Of a stretch of DNA of 64,000 nucleotides, positions 34,257-47,930 are shown one piece after another. The stretch covers positions 1,054,001 through 1,118,000 of the forward strand of contig CDRNST010000079.1 of NCBI GenBank assembly GCA_977016875.1, in the 5' to 3' direction. This DNA comes from Pavona decussata. Lineage: Eukaryota. Each line of letters opens with the position of its first letter. The stretch's first letter is position 1. The notes beneath the pieces were generated by a model. It searched no databases and was not told the origin of the DNA. It saw only the letters and a program-made list of their open reading frames with translations. Both the position numbers and the translations under genes were made by a program.

Positions 34257-37200
34257 ATGTTTCAAACAAGACCTCATGTTAATCGTCCAAGTACGTCGCC
34301 GAGGAGCCAGCGTCCCGCACGTTCTGATACGCCGCCGCCTGTTCGTTCAAGTTCACGTGTACGAAGACTCAACGTAACGCTGGATCCAGATGCTATTCGA
34401 GTTGAGCGAATTTGAGTTCTAAGAAAGAAAAGAGGAGGTGTTTTGTCGAGTATTACAGCGAAACACAAGGAGATTGATGACTTGCTGAACGATGTCAACA
34501 ATTTGGAAGCAGTTAAGGACAAGCTAGCCGAGATAACGGATCTCTTTCAAAAGTTCGTCGAATCTCAGAACGCATATCATCGCGAGTTGGTGGACGAAGC
34601 TCATAAGGAACAATCTAACGCTTTTTTTAATGAAATTGAATCAAGTTTAAGATTTTTCTGCGATACCGTTAATGACTGGTTACGCGTTACGGAGGTGAAG
34701 CTGAATGAGATGGCCATAACTCCAGATGACAGTGCTTCTCAAGTTATCCCTGACGAGCAACATAAACATAAGAGTTCATGTGGTTCCATCCTCAGTACAG
34801 CATCTAAAGCAAGTTCAATATCTTCTGCTCGAGCTGAAGAAGCGGCAAAAATCGCTGAAATTCAAGCCGAAGCCCTTGCCTTAAAACAGCGTCAACGACT
34901 TCATGAGACGGAGATGAATCTTAAAAGACAACAGCACGAGTTGGAGTTAAAGAGGAAGGAGCTGAAGCTGGAGACCGAATACGCCAAAGCTGTGGCCAGA
35001 GAGGGAGCAAACGCCAAGGCAGAATCAAAGTTTCTTCCTCCTGACGGCTTGCAGAATCGAACGATCTCTTGTTTTCCGCCCCCAGTATTCGTCTCCAAGG
35101 ATAAACAAGAAGGGGCAAAGTCTAAACCTGAAAAGATTCCCAATGAAAGAAGCGTTTCAAGTAGTTCAAGCAAGGATTCCGGCAAATCTGGTCTCAGTGA
35201 TCAAGCTTATCAGATTCTCGTCCAACAAAACCCAGTAATGGAAGAATTTGTGAAACAACAGGAAACGCTGCCCAGAAGACATGTCCCTGTTTTTGATGGC
35301 AATCCTCTAGAATACTGCACTTTTATCCGTGCCTTTGAAACGGTGATCGAGGCCAAGGAACCCGATTACTCTGGTAGACTATATTATCTTGAGCAGCACA
35401 CATCTGGAAGACCACAAGAGATCGTGCGCAGCTGTCTCTACATGGTTCCAAAGGAAGGTTACGAGAAGGCTAAGGGACTCCTAGAGAGAAGATTTGGCCA
35501 GAAGCATAAAATCGCAATGGCTTGCCTTGACCAAGTGACTAATGGTCCACGCATTAAAGGTGAAGATGCGGAATCACTGGAAGGTTTCTCTATCTTATTG
35601 TCGAGCTGTACGAACACTCTCAGATCCATTGTTTACTCTAACAAGATAGAAAGTCCAGATAACATGCGGAAGATCATCAACAGACTCCCACCCAGATTGC
35701 AAGCTAAATGGCGCGAAACCGCTGACCGGATTCTGAATGTGGATCAGCGAGAGATCTGTATTGAAGACATTTCAAATTTTGTTGAGCAGAAGTCGCGATC
35801 CTTAGGCAATCCCATATTCGGCAAGTTACCCTGCATGGAGAAGGAAGCCTCCGTTAACAAAGAGAAGAGGTTAAAGCCCAGAAATGACAAGCCTGGTTCG
35901 AAGAAACTAAGTCTCGCTACCATTTTTGAAAAGAATCCTGACAGTCAAGTACGTCCCGTATCTTCGTCAACCGGTAGCAAGTTTGCTTTAGCTGAAACTG
36001 CCAAAGGTTGTCTCTTCTGTCGTGCCTCCCACCATCTGTCTGATTGTTCTGATTTCGCGAAGGCATCCAATCAAGATCGTTTTGATTTCGTTATGAAAAA
36101 GAGGCTGTGCTTCGCTTGCTTAAGAGTTGGTCATCAATCCAGAGGATGTCAAAAGAGGAAACCTTGTCACCACTGCGGTGGACCACATGCCACAGTTATG
36201 CACGTAGAGTAATTTGGAGAGAGACAATCACGGTCCAAACCAGAATCTCCTAGTGATGCACCTGTTGGGAGAAGTGAGACTTGATCTCAGGATAGCACAA
36301 GCCAAGGCAACTCCGAGGAGAGAAGTACCCCGCACTTCTGTGGCCTAACGTCTTTGGAGGGTTCCATAACGGACTTGCCTATTGTCCCCGTGAAGATTAA
36401 AGTTAAAGGAAGTCCTTGTGCCATTGTAACGTATGTGCTCTTGGATATTGGTTCCAATTTTACCTTCTGCGTGTTCAGCCTTCTGGAACGTCTGGGAATA
36501 GGTGGCAAGAAAACGAAACTCAAATTGACAACCATGGGAAGAAGTGAAGAAGTAGACAGCTTTATTGTTAAGGATTTGCAAATTTCTGACCTAGATGAGA
36601 ACGTTGTCATTCCTCTGCATGAGACGCTAGCCAGGCCAGTTATGCCAGTTTCAAAAGATGAAATCCCTAAATAAGAAGACGTTGAACGGTGGCCACATTT
36701 ACGGGGATACGTCGAGCTTACAGAATTAGACTCCCAAGTGGACCTGTTGATCGGCGCCAATGTTCCTGAAGCCCTTCGGCCCAGAGAAGTTATCCCTGCT
36801 GCTAATAGAGGTCCGTACGCGACAAGAGTGGACCTCGGCTGGGTTATTAACGGCCCTACCGGACGAAAGTTGAAGAATGTCCCCTCGTGTTTCTTTGTGA
36901 AAGCCATGGAAGCTCATCCTATGTGTATTGCCTGTGCTGACTTTGCTGACGACGTTGGCTTATCCAGAGATTATCTGAAATTCATGAACGTCGTTAAAGA
37001 TTCAGCCATGCAGTGCGAAGATGGTCATTATCAGATTTCGCTTCCCTTGAAGAATCCGTCCCTGAAGATGCCGGAGAATAGAGTTCAGGCAAAACGCACG
37101 ATTCTTCATTTGAAACGCAAGCTTTTGGGGAATGGAAAGTTCCGAGAAGACTATGTTACCTCTCTTGAAGGAGTGATTAAAGAAGGCTTCGCTGAGAAAG

Positions 37201-40200
37201 TTCCCCTCGCTGACCTCAGAAGAGCGGACGGCAAGGTTTGGTATATACCGCACCATGGCGTATATCATCACAAGAAATCGGAGAAATTAAGAGTTGTTTT
37301 TGATTGCTCTGCTCAGTTCCGTGAGACTTCCCTAAACAGTGAGCTTTTCCAAGTTCCAGACTTAACCAATAACCTTCTGGGGGTGCTGATTCGTTTCCGC
37401 CAGGATCAAGTTGCAGTGATGGGAGACATTCAATCTATGTTTCATCAAGTGCGCGTCCCTGTAGCTGCTCGCGATCTTCGTCGTTTCCTGTGGTAGCCCT
37501 CTGGTGACTTAAATTAAGAATTAACAGAGTACAGAATGACGGCACATTTGTTTGGTGCTGTCTCGTCTCCTAGTTGTGCGAACTTCGCAATTCGCAAGAA
37601 CGCTGAAGATCTCAAGCATGAATTTCCCTCCGATGTTGTCAATACCGTTTTGAGAAATTTCTACGTTGACGACTGCCTTAAATCTTTACCTTCAAGTAGT
37701 GCAGCGATTAAGCACGTGGATGACTTACCAAAGCTTATGTTGAGAGGAGGCTTCTGTTTTACGAAATTGGTTAATAACGACCGGAAAGTCTTAGAGTCAA
37801 TTCCAATTCACGACAGGGCCAAAGATGTCAAAGAGTTGGACCTAGCCGAAGATGCTCTTCCCACCGAGAGAGACTTAGGCGTATCATGGAGCGTAGAGAA
37901 CGACAAGTTTGGCTTCAAGGTCAACGTTAAGGAGCGACCATGTACAAGGCGTGGAATACTATCTATCGTCAGTTCGATATATGATCCTTTAGGAATGGCT
38001 GTACCTTTCATCTTACCCGCCAAACTACTTCTCCAAGATTTGTGTAGAAAGGGCCTTGCTTGAGACGATGAGATTCCTGACGATTACTCGTCTCGATGGC
38101 GTTCCTGGCTGCATGGGTTACCGAAGCTTTCCAAATTCTCAGTCCACAGACATGTCAAGCCCCCTGACTTTGGAAGAATTACTAGCAGCCAAACTCATCA
38201 CTTTTGCGATGCCTCTCAGTCTGCGTATGGAGCGGTTTCGTATCTTCGCCTCACCAATTCGGATGGTCGAATTCATTGTTCTTTTCTCATCGGGAAATCC
38301 CGTCCCGCTCCTCTGAAACAGACGACTATCCCCAGATTGGAGTTAGCAGCTGCTACAGTATCGATTCCCTTGAACAAAATGTTGAAGAAAGAATTGGAAA
38401 TGCCCATTGACACAATCACTTTCTGGACGGATAGCATGACTGTGATACGCTACATCGAAAAAAAATCGAAGCGTTTCCATACTTATGTCGCCAACCGTGT
38501 CTCCGTTATCAGAGAAGATTCCAGTCCTTTACAGTGGAGGTACATAGATACCAAGTCTAATCCTGCTGATGACGCGCCAAGAGGAGTCACTGCAGAGCCT
38601 TTTGTTCAGAATGACCGTTGGATAAAGGGGCCGGTCTTCCTCTTAAGACCGGAGTCCGATTGGATGGCACATCCCCGAAATACTGAAGATATTGTCAGAG
38701 GATGATCCCGAAGTTAAACGCGAGTCGTCTTCCTTTGCTGTCCAAGTCAGCGAAGCCTACGCGAGCCTTGCTTTTATCGTTGAGCGGTTCTCGTCTTGGT
38801 TTAGACTGCTACAGTTTATCGCTCTATGTCTTCGCTGCCAAAGAAGATTCCTTTAGAGAAAAGGAGAAGCCAGACAAGACCCCTATGGTTTTCCTGGAAA
38901 GTCCACGTGCGAATCGCTCACACTTCCAGAGTTGGAGATTGCAGAACAAGAGATCATCAAGTTTAACCAGAAAATCGCTTTTGCTGAAGAAATAGCAGCC
39001 TTAAAGAAAGGAAAGTCGGTCAAGAAATTAAGTGCGCTCGTTAAGTTAGATCCAATAATGATCCAGGGCCTCCTCCGTGTTGGCGGACGACTGAGGATAG
39101 CCACCCTGTCTGAGGATTCGAAGCATCAGATCATTATCCCGAGGGATTCTCATCTCGCTCGTCTCCTTGTTTTCCATTTTCATGAGAAAAGTGGTCATTC
39201 CGGAAGAGAATACGTCTTAGCCCTATTGCGTGAAAAGTTCTGGTTAATCCGCGCAAATTCCGTTGTTAGAAGCGTACTATCCTCCTAGCCTCCCTTCACT
39301 TGCGTAGGAGTAGACTATTTTGGCCCGTTTCCTGTACGCCAAAAGAGGAGCCAAGTGAAGCGCTATGGAGTGATTTTCACCTGCTTAGCACTACGAGTTG
39401 TTCACTTGGAAATATCCTACTCATTGGACACTGATTCTTTTATTCTTGCTCTGAGGCGTTTTATCGCGCGAAGACGTCAAGTGAAAGAAATTTGCTCTGA
39501 CAATAGTACAAACTTCGTTGGAGGCGAAAAGGAGCTCCGTGTTATGATCGAAAGCTGGAACCAGACTGTGATCCACCAAAGTCTTCTCCAGAAAGGAATT
39601 ACGTGGATCTTCAATCCGCCATCGGCCTCTCATCATGGTGGCGTGTGGGAAAGGCTAATAAGATCGACCCGAAAGATTGTTGGCGGCTTAGTGAAGGAAC
39701 AGAACCTCGATGATGAAACCCTCCAGACCTTGATGTGTGAAGCAGAAAGTATCATCAATGGAAGACCTTTAACGACAGTCTCAAATGATCCAAGAGATTT
39801 GGAACCTCTTACACCAAATCATTTGCTTCTTCTTCGTCAAGACACGCCTCTTCCTCCTGGTATTTTTGAGAAAAAAGACACCCTATCAAGAAGAAGATGG
39901 CGACAGGTACAATATTTGGCGGACGTTTTTTGGAAACGTTGGAAAAAAGAATATCTGCCTCTGCTACAACAACGACAGAAGTGGTTCAAAGCTGAGAGAA
40001 ATTTTGCAATTGGGGATATCGTTATCGTCGTTGATGAATCTACACCCAGGAATATGTGGCCGATTGGTCGTATCACAGAAGTTTTTCCCGACAAGCAACA
40101 GTTGGTCTGTCGTGTGAAAGTTCGGACGAAGAATTCAACTTTACTTCGACCCGTGTCCAAGCTATGCCTTTTGGAATCTTGTGAACATTCAAAAGAAACA

Positions 40201-40206
40201 CTTTAA
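34257..40206 (+). pseudogene. BEL/Pao gag-pol polyprotein, disrupted
   Basis: Gag FDGNP.EY and triple Cys-His knuckles; protease LLDIGS; RT WYIPHH and FYVDD; RNase H HHFCDAS and NPADD; integrase VDYFGP, SDN, WERLIR; in-frame stops (e.g. 34413, 36210, 36672, 37494, 38061), a frameshift near 38700 and a deletion near 39288. Confidence 0.93.
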
Positions 40207-40288
40207 TTTAATAGAAGTCAAGTCTTTTCCTAATTTACCGCGTATATGACATTTTTTCCCAGTCTTAGAGATTTAAAGAGACATTTAA

Positions 40289-42349
40289 GAGTGCCTGACT
40301 GTAACTTTCGAGAATCGCTGGCCAAGCTTGAAAAATCGAAACTCCTGATAATTTGCCTGAAGTTTACTTTTGGGGAACTATCTTCGAAAATATTATTTGA
40401 ATGTTCTGGAAATTTTTAGTTTTCGAGAATTTTGGAGAAAACGAGATAACGGGTTTTGCCTCATTAATTATGCAAAAATCTCACTCAAAATTAGCCAAGT
40501 TCAATACGCTTGTGTTGAAACAGCACGCAACGCTAGAAAGCGAGGTCGGTTTTGAATAAGAGCATAACTCACCTACTTTCTATCAATGGGACCTATGTAA
40601 ACTTTTGTAGAACTTTGGAGGGTTTTATGGCTCTTTGAAAAAGTGACATTTTGAGGACTTCGCGATGAGGCGAAAATTGAGTAAGTTTGAAGGTTTAAAA
40701 TGCATCTTGGTATGTCAGGTATCGACTCGAGAGGAACATTGTGATAAAGCTTGGGTCTTCGTCTTTAATAATACGAAATAAAAAATCTGGGCAATCAATG
40801 CACGCGCTGACGAAAACCAAAGTTAGCGAGGCTTCGTTAACAAATTTGCATAATTCGCAGCTGTTGAGAAAATGCTATGTTGTGGCGACTCGGTGAAAAC
40901 ATTGACCCAGGCTATCTTCAAATGGTTATTTTACCCCACATTGCATTTGTCTGTTTCTCTTTCTTGTTTTAATAAGGTGTTAGAAAAGGTCTGGAAAAAA
41001 ATGCGTGATCGGAAAAGAAAATATTCGTCAAATTCTGGTGGGAAATTTGCATAATGCAAATCTTCCAATAAATCTTTCTGCAAAGGAATCTGATTGGGAA
41101 GGTTTCGTTAAGAGACCATTTGACCGAAACACCCCACATAAAAGGAGTCAAAACAACGTTTAATAATTCGATTTTAACCAATTATTGTCGAATCTTAACC
41201 TTTAAATTAATAGTGCCAAAGTGATACTCGCTATTGCGTTATCTGCGTCACGTCAGTAGCTGTCGATAAGTCTTAGAATATAATGCCCACAAACCAACTT
41301 GTGCTGCGAAATTGCCAATTACAACAACTAGAAAAAAAGACCTTTATTTACTGGCATATGAGTGGTTTTGATAAAAGTAAAACGTTCACATGACACTTGA
41401 ATAACGTTTAAAAGATACATGCTTGTCAAATGAGATGCGAAAGTTGGACACAGGGTCGGTCAAAGTGAATATTTTTAATTAAATCAAGTTTGTTTACTGG
41501 AATGCATGCTTTTTCAAATAGCTAGTCCAACCTTCTTCAGTGGCCTTCCAAATAATGATCACCCAGAATTGGGTCAGTCAAAAAAGCTCTCAATTCGTGT
41601 TGTTTGATACTGTACCTTCGCAAGTGACTGAAAAACAATGTCAGCTGGCACGCCATATTTTAACGTAATTACTGGTATGAAATATCACACATGCACGGAT
41701 ACACGCTTCAAAAAACCTGTGTGCCAATTTCCGTTTGACAAAATAATAACCTACCTACAGTCCACATTGGCTGTAGGAGATGCATTTATCTTTGTCGAAT
41801 GTCAACAACAGAAACACGGGTATCTCAATGACACTGTATACACGCAATGTCTAGTGCATACATCACAGGTAGCCGAAGCTCTATGACCTTTGTTTGACCT
41901 TTATATTTTGATGTCATTATGAGTGTTACGCAATGGCGTAAATCGTTACGGTTTGTATGGGAATTTACGAACGTGTTTTGGAGTCGAAAATAAAGGACAT
42001 AAATTGAACAAGAATTGCTTACCTTGTCTCCTTGATCTCTTGCCAGTGTTTGTGCGCCATATTTTGGCCATTTTAGTACTCCACGCTCCACGCTCCAAAC
42101 TTATACTTGACGTGCTGTTTCAACACAAGCGTATTGAACTTGGCTAATTTTGAGTGAGATTTTTGCATAATTAATGAGGCAAAACCCGTTATTTCGTTTT
42201 CTCCAAAATTCTCGAAAACTAAAAATTTCCAGAACATTCAAATAATATTTTCGAAGATAGTTCCCCAAAAGTAAACTTCAGGCAAATTATCAGGAGTTTC
42301 GATTTTTCAAGCTTGGCCAGCGATTCTCGAAAGTTACAGTCAGGCACTC
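40289..42349. mobile_element. Third copy of element B, inserted in the BEL 3' UTR
   Basis: TTAA on both sides; one ~1.8-kb arm plus a ~240-bp right TIR (42111-42349). Confidence 0.92.
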
Positions 42350-42971
42350 TTAATTCTTAAGTGTTAGTTTAGCTATTAGTTCCATGCGCCTTATAATGTT
42401 TCACATATATGAAACGCAAAGTTTCCGCCTTTCCATTTAGGGGCCGGAATGTAGGCGCAAAAATTTAGATTTTTGTTGTTTTGTATGTCGGCGTTACGTA
42501 TTTCTATAGGTCATTAGCGTTCTTGTCTTTTGTTCCTCGTTTATTAGTTTTTTCACTCCGTTGCCCTTTGTACTTGGTTTCCCGTTCATAAGCCTTCTTT
42601 GTTTTCTTAGGCTGTTTTCGTACTCGCTAGTTTTATTTTGCATAATGCTATATATACAGGTTACTTGTTAGTTTTGTTGTTTTCTGCTCATATTGCGTAA
42701 GTCGTTCTAGTTCTAGTTAAGTTCAGTTTCGTTTTAAGTCTAGCCTTTAAGTCAAGTTCCAAGTTCTAAGTGTTTTTCTTGTCGTCACATTCGTCTGTAA
42801 GTAATCGTCGCTTATTTCGCTTGTCGTTTTCTATTCGCATTGTCATTGTCATTTTCATTGTTAATTTATTTACGTCTGTTATTTTGTTATTTTTCAGTTA
42901 CCTTACCTTTCGTACTTGCTTTGGTTATTAAATGTTTGGTTTGTGTACGAGTTAACGCGTTTGCGACGACA

Positions 42972-43630
42972 GTTGGATAAAATTGGCCACTATTGTGACG
43001 TATTTATTAATATAACAGTAAAAAGTCACGCCACGCTTAAAAAACTAATCAGACCGTGATGTGACATGGAAAAAATTAAGTAATTAAATGTCTCTTCGGA
43101 AAAGGTGGGGAAGAAATGAGCGCCTTGCGAGAGAGAACTAAACACTGGCTGGCGAAGGGGGAGGTAAGTGGTAAAATTTGAACAGATAGCTTGCCACACG
43201 ATGGTGTAGAGCTAAAAAGGGGCGCTCCTATTTGCGCAAAATACTATAAAGAAATCCTCGATCACGTGTTCCTAGTTCACGCAGCCAGTGCTTGATAACA
43301 ACAGGTATCCCGATGCAAAAATGTAATTATGTTTGGGACATGATTTTTGTTTTTACATAACGATACCTTTCCGAAAATTATACATTGGGGATTTAGTAAT
43401 CTCACAAACTTAGGTAGTCGAGGGGTAATTGGCTCCGGGTCGCACTAGTTTTACGAAGAGACAATGTACTCATATGGTTGGATAAAATGGGCCACTATTG
43501 TGACGTATTTATTAAAATAACAGTAAAAGATCACACCACGCTTAACAAACCAATCAAAGCGTGACGTGACATGGAAAAAAATAAGTAATTAAATGTCTCT
43601 TCGCCAAAGGTGTGGAAGAAATAAGCACCA
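42972..43630. repeat. ~505-bp-period tandem duplication (about 1.3 units)
   Basis: 42972-43125 is similar to 43477-43630 (GTTGGATAAAAT.GGCCACTATTGTGACGTATTTATTAA...). Confidence 0.8.
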
Positions 43631-45320
43631 CAAGGCACACAGCGTGTGACCTCCCCACCAAGATCCGGAACTAAGAACCCCGAGGAATATTAGAGCTGAA
43701 AACAACGAGGATATAAGAAAGACCTGTAAGGTACGGTCGTGACCAGCAGCCCTTGTCTGACCTAGTCATGTACCGAACGCGAACTGCACTGACATTGAAA
43801 ACGGAGGCTAAATAACATATCAATCCTTGCCAGGACCGTAGCTCCGATGTGTGACAGATAACACATTGATAAAGTAGTACATGGGAACAGATTGGGAAAG
43901 TACACAGAAAGTGATAGCGAAAAGAGTCCACAGTGAAAAACCCTCTCAGTATGGCAGCCCCTGACTGACCCACGCATCAGAGAATCCACCGTGGCCCGTT
44001 AATGCTAACGAGAAGATGAAGACAAAATATACTGCGCCCATAACGGATGTTTAAATAGCCGTATTAAAAAGCATCTGACTGTATAACAGCTCGTGATTGA
44101 CCTATACAACGGAGATTAAATCACGGCTTGACCAGTGTCTTGTAAACGTAAAAAAAACAATAAGTTAGCTTTGACTGAGGGCGGACGAATGTAAGTTCTA
44201 AAAGCGTCCGAATGCCATCTACCTAGGGCACGTATTTGCGAATCCGAAAAACCTTTCTCAGACGCACGGCACACTGCACCAATGCGAAAGCTATGGCTCT
44301 TGTAGCGAGAACAATCAAGGCCGCAAAATTTCAAAGCACGACCGAGCTCAATGTTAAAATTTTTTGTCGAGATTGCCCCACCAGCTGCACACGTGAACAA
44401 GGGGCCTTTATGGAAACCCCTAAGTTTATGGTAGTCGAGTAAGGTCTGCACGGGGCAAAATGTTTCTGAAGATTCGCTTTCTATGGTTATGACAAACGGC
44501 CGATTATTCGTGTTGTGTTTAAACTTAGAGATCACAATCTTGACAGCCGGCACTCAATAAGATTGTTTCAAAAAGGGCACTTGATCAAATTGCACAATGG
44601 TGTCAACTTGCTTTTACTTTTGCAAGATAATTCACCTATTCTGAAGAAACCGTAAAATGCTGTCATGAACATTGCCCCGAACAGAGATCTACGATAGGCA
44701 GATGGACTGGTATGCTGCAAAGGTATAACTAAGGCATACAATAATGGACGCAAAATGGGCATACGAACATCTGCTTGACCGCAGCGGCCTAAGGCCACAA
44801 GAAGCTTTTCAACTAAAAATGCTTTGGTCGGGTCGTAGAGGCCTTTGATCTTATGTACATATGCTATTGCTGATAGGCACGAGTTTATGGTAGCAGGAGC
44901 TAGGCCCCTGGCACATAAAAAGGAAATGAATAATGCGATACACGCGGTCGAAACAGGCAAATGTAAATTGGCACTCTGATAGCGGGTATAGAATTCAGTA
45001 AAGACAACCCAAGCACGTGAGTATTGTTTGCGAGACTGCTCCAACAATGAGGAATGTAGTAATTCTTTTAACGTATCGACCACTTCTGCGGGAGAAGGGT
45101 CTTGGGCACATCAGTTGGCTCTGGGTCGGCATCTGGGAAAGCTTTCCTGAAATCTATACAATCTGTAAACGAGAAATTTAGTCTGCCCGGGAATTTTCAA
45201 CACCGGGAACATGATAAGCCCGAAACAAGATATTATGACGTAGCGATGTTAGGACAAGATCACGTACTAAGATCGTGACCATGAGGTGTGTTGAAGTCTG
45301 TTTATTGATAATGTCAACCA
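43630..45320 (-). mobile_element. YR retrotransposon (DIRS/Ngaro-like) 3' fragment: RNase H end plus tyrosine recombinase pseudogene
   Basis: RH tail VDIINKQTS...HVPGVENSRAD*ISR; YR AFYGFFRIGEL, HSFRIG, LGRWHSDAFRTY; frameshifted near 44560. Confidence 0.9.
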
Positions 45321-47930
45321 AAATTAGATTTTACGGACAGATCAGTAAAATATTGTTAATGGAACGTGACTCGCGTGCGTTACTCGTTCTCAGTGAGCCA
45401 TTCATGGCGGGTTGTTTTCAATGGAGCTACTGTGTAGTCATGCTTCCAAGGTCAGCAAAATCAATAGTTTGTTTGTAGCTTAGCTCACAACATTATGGCT
45501 TTCTTGTCCTTAGCTTATTCTAACATTTATTTGCATTGGCCGAAAGTATTAAGGCCTCATTCATAACTTGTTAAGTACACGTGTAAAGCCAAGCTGCTGT
45601 ATAGTACAACTTAAACTACTGGCTAAGTAAGCAGACACTGTCTAGCTATAAAAGCCCAAACAAACTGTTCAAGGTTCAATTTGCAGTTCTGTTGTACAGT
45701 GTACTCACTATTTGCTGTCAATTTGTCAAACGTTTTTTACCATGGTTCTTCCTCGCGTTGCTTCGACCACCAATCGCCCATCCGCCCAACGCGAATATCT
45801 TTCAGTCCTTTCAAGCGAGGTCCTGCAGCTTCGCCTTCAAGCCATGAACCTCCCAATATCTGGCTCCAAAGGGCAGCTCCTCGCCCGTATCAAGACAGCC
45901 CTGTCGGGGACCACCGGCTCTGTCCGTACTCGAAATCTAACAGCGCGGGGAACGGCAGGAAAATCTCGCCAGCGAAGAGCGCCTCGCCTTGCTGCAAATC
46001 GCCGGAGCGCCGGGCAAATTCCCGTCCGTCCAGAACCGAGCGTAGAGACTCCTGAACACGTCCCAGAACAAGGAGACAGCGCCCTATCGGAAAACGTCTC
46101 ATCCTGTTCGATTGAAGATATGCTCGGGCAGGACGACCCAGAAGAACCGGTTACTCCTGCACAACAGTCCTTCAGTCCGGCACAGCGAACCACCATCGAA
46201 GTGATCGTCACTGAGTCCGTGAGCAACGCTTTGGTGGCCTTCCGCGCGCCTGAAAATGGCCACGTTTCGCCTCCACTCGACCAACGTTCCCGTGCTCCTG
46301 GCATGGCTTCGCCTTTGGGCCTGACAAGGCCAGTGGACCGCCATTTGGAGGACAAAATACTCCGAGGTGAGTACATTGATCTTGCGTTGTTGTTGCCGGA
46401 CAATTTATATCAGTCCCAGACCCCCGAGCTTCAGTTACGGTTAGACGACTCGGCCCTAGGCTCCCTGAGCTCCCCGGTAACTATGGTTTGGAAGCGGAAA
46501 CCCGTCATAGATACTTTCCAGAAATGGCTTGATGCCTTCACGACCTACATGCTAGTGCTTGTGACAGCCTACCCGCGAAGAGCCCTTGAACTCATAAAGT
46601 ACCAGCAAATTATTAGTCGGGCCGTGACTAAATTTAAAGGTATGGCGTGGCTTTCATACGACCAACAGTTCTGTCGCCGCGCGGCCTATGATTTGACCAC
46701 TAGCTGGGACAAGGTAGACCTAGAACTGTGGACTTGCCAAACCCCATTGCAGTGTTTGCTCGAGTCCATACCACATTCAAGATGACTGTCCTTCTGCTGA
46801 CCCCAACAGAAAACCTCGCCGAACCCTGACTGTCTGCTTTGACTTTAACAAGTCCTCCGGCTGTTGCCGCCGCAACTGCAACTACCCGCACGTGTGTCGC
46901 CGCTGCTATTCCAGTAGCCACGCTGCCCCAGCCTGTCAACAGCAGTCGTCCACTAGCCCCGGTGCCTCCAAATCCTCTTCATCCAGTGAGCGTGGAAAAA
47001 AGTAAAGTAGAGCAGCTACGGGGCCATGTGCCGCCACAAGTATCCTCACCCATTGACATTTACCGCTTAGAGTTAGAATTAGCTAATCACCCTGATAAAA
47101 CTTTTGTTTCTAGTCTACTTAGCATGCTTAGGGAGGGCGCACACATTGGTTATTCTGGCCCTCGTGCACACCGGGTTTCCCCTAATCTAATCTCTGCTGC
47201 CCAGCACCCTGATGTAGTTACCTCGAATTTGCGTAAAGAGGTTACCCTTGGCAGGGTTATGGGCCCCTACCCCTCACCGCCCCTGCCTAACTTTCAATGC
47301 CACCCTGTGGGTGTGGTCCCCAAAAAGCACTCAAATGAATGGCGCACAATCTACTACCTCTCCCATCTTCAAGGGACCAGCATTAACGACTATATTCCGA
47401 AGGATCCCTTTTCCCTGAGTTATGTCCGGGTCGACGACGCCATCAGTATCCTTCAGTCCCTGGGGAGGGGTGCCTTCATGGCCAAGACCGACCTCAAATC
47501 GGCTTTTCGCTTGATACCAATTCATCCAAACGACTGGAGCTTGCTGGGTATCTTCTGGCAATCCCAGTACTACGTCGATATGTTCCTTCCCTTTGGTCTC
47601 TGCAGTGCACCATTCCTCTTTAATCAACTTTCCGACGGGCTTGAATGGATACTCAAAAACAACTATGGTCTCCAGCATGTTATTCATATCCTAGATGACT
47701 TTTTTATTGCGGAACAGTCAAAACTGTCCTGCCTTTCTAGCTTTAGTACCCTACTACGGGTTTTCATGTCACTTAAGGCCCCTGTGGTGGCGTCTAAAAC
47801 CATAGGACCCTCCCAGGTAATTGAATTCATGGGAATTGTCCGAGACAGCGTACGCATGGAGGCCCGCCTGCCCCAGGACAAACTCACCCGGATAAACGAC
47901 CTCCTATCCTCATTCCAAAAACGCCGTTTG
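45321..47930 (+). mobile_element. YR retrotransposon (DIRS-like) 5' fragment: gag-like ORF1 plus 3'-truncated RT
   Basis: ORF1 from ATG 45742 (SAP-like LPISGSKGQLLARI, YIDLALLL, WLSYD, Cys/His finger after a frameshift); RT PVGVVPKK, AKTDLKSAFR, LPFGL, HILDDFF; ends abruptly at the tandem array. Confidence 0.92.

Larger units (their letters stand above)
34030..42971 (+). mobile_element. Decayed BEL/Pao LTR retrotransposon, antisense to the host gene
   Basis: 5' LTR remnant 34030-34214; full 3' LTR 42450-42971 (TG..CA, after purine-rich AGGGGCCGGAA); gag-PR-RT-RH-IN order. Confidence 0.95.

Noticed and set aside
44116-45083. Tyrosine recombinase ORFs (also 63056-63628) as phage integrases or Cryptons
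   Set aside because: One follows an RNase H tail and the other precedes split direct repeats, so both belong to YR retrotransposons
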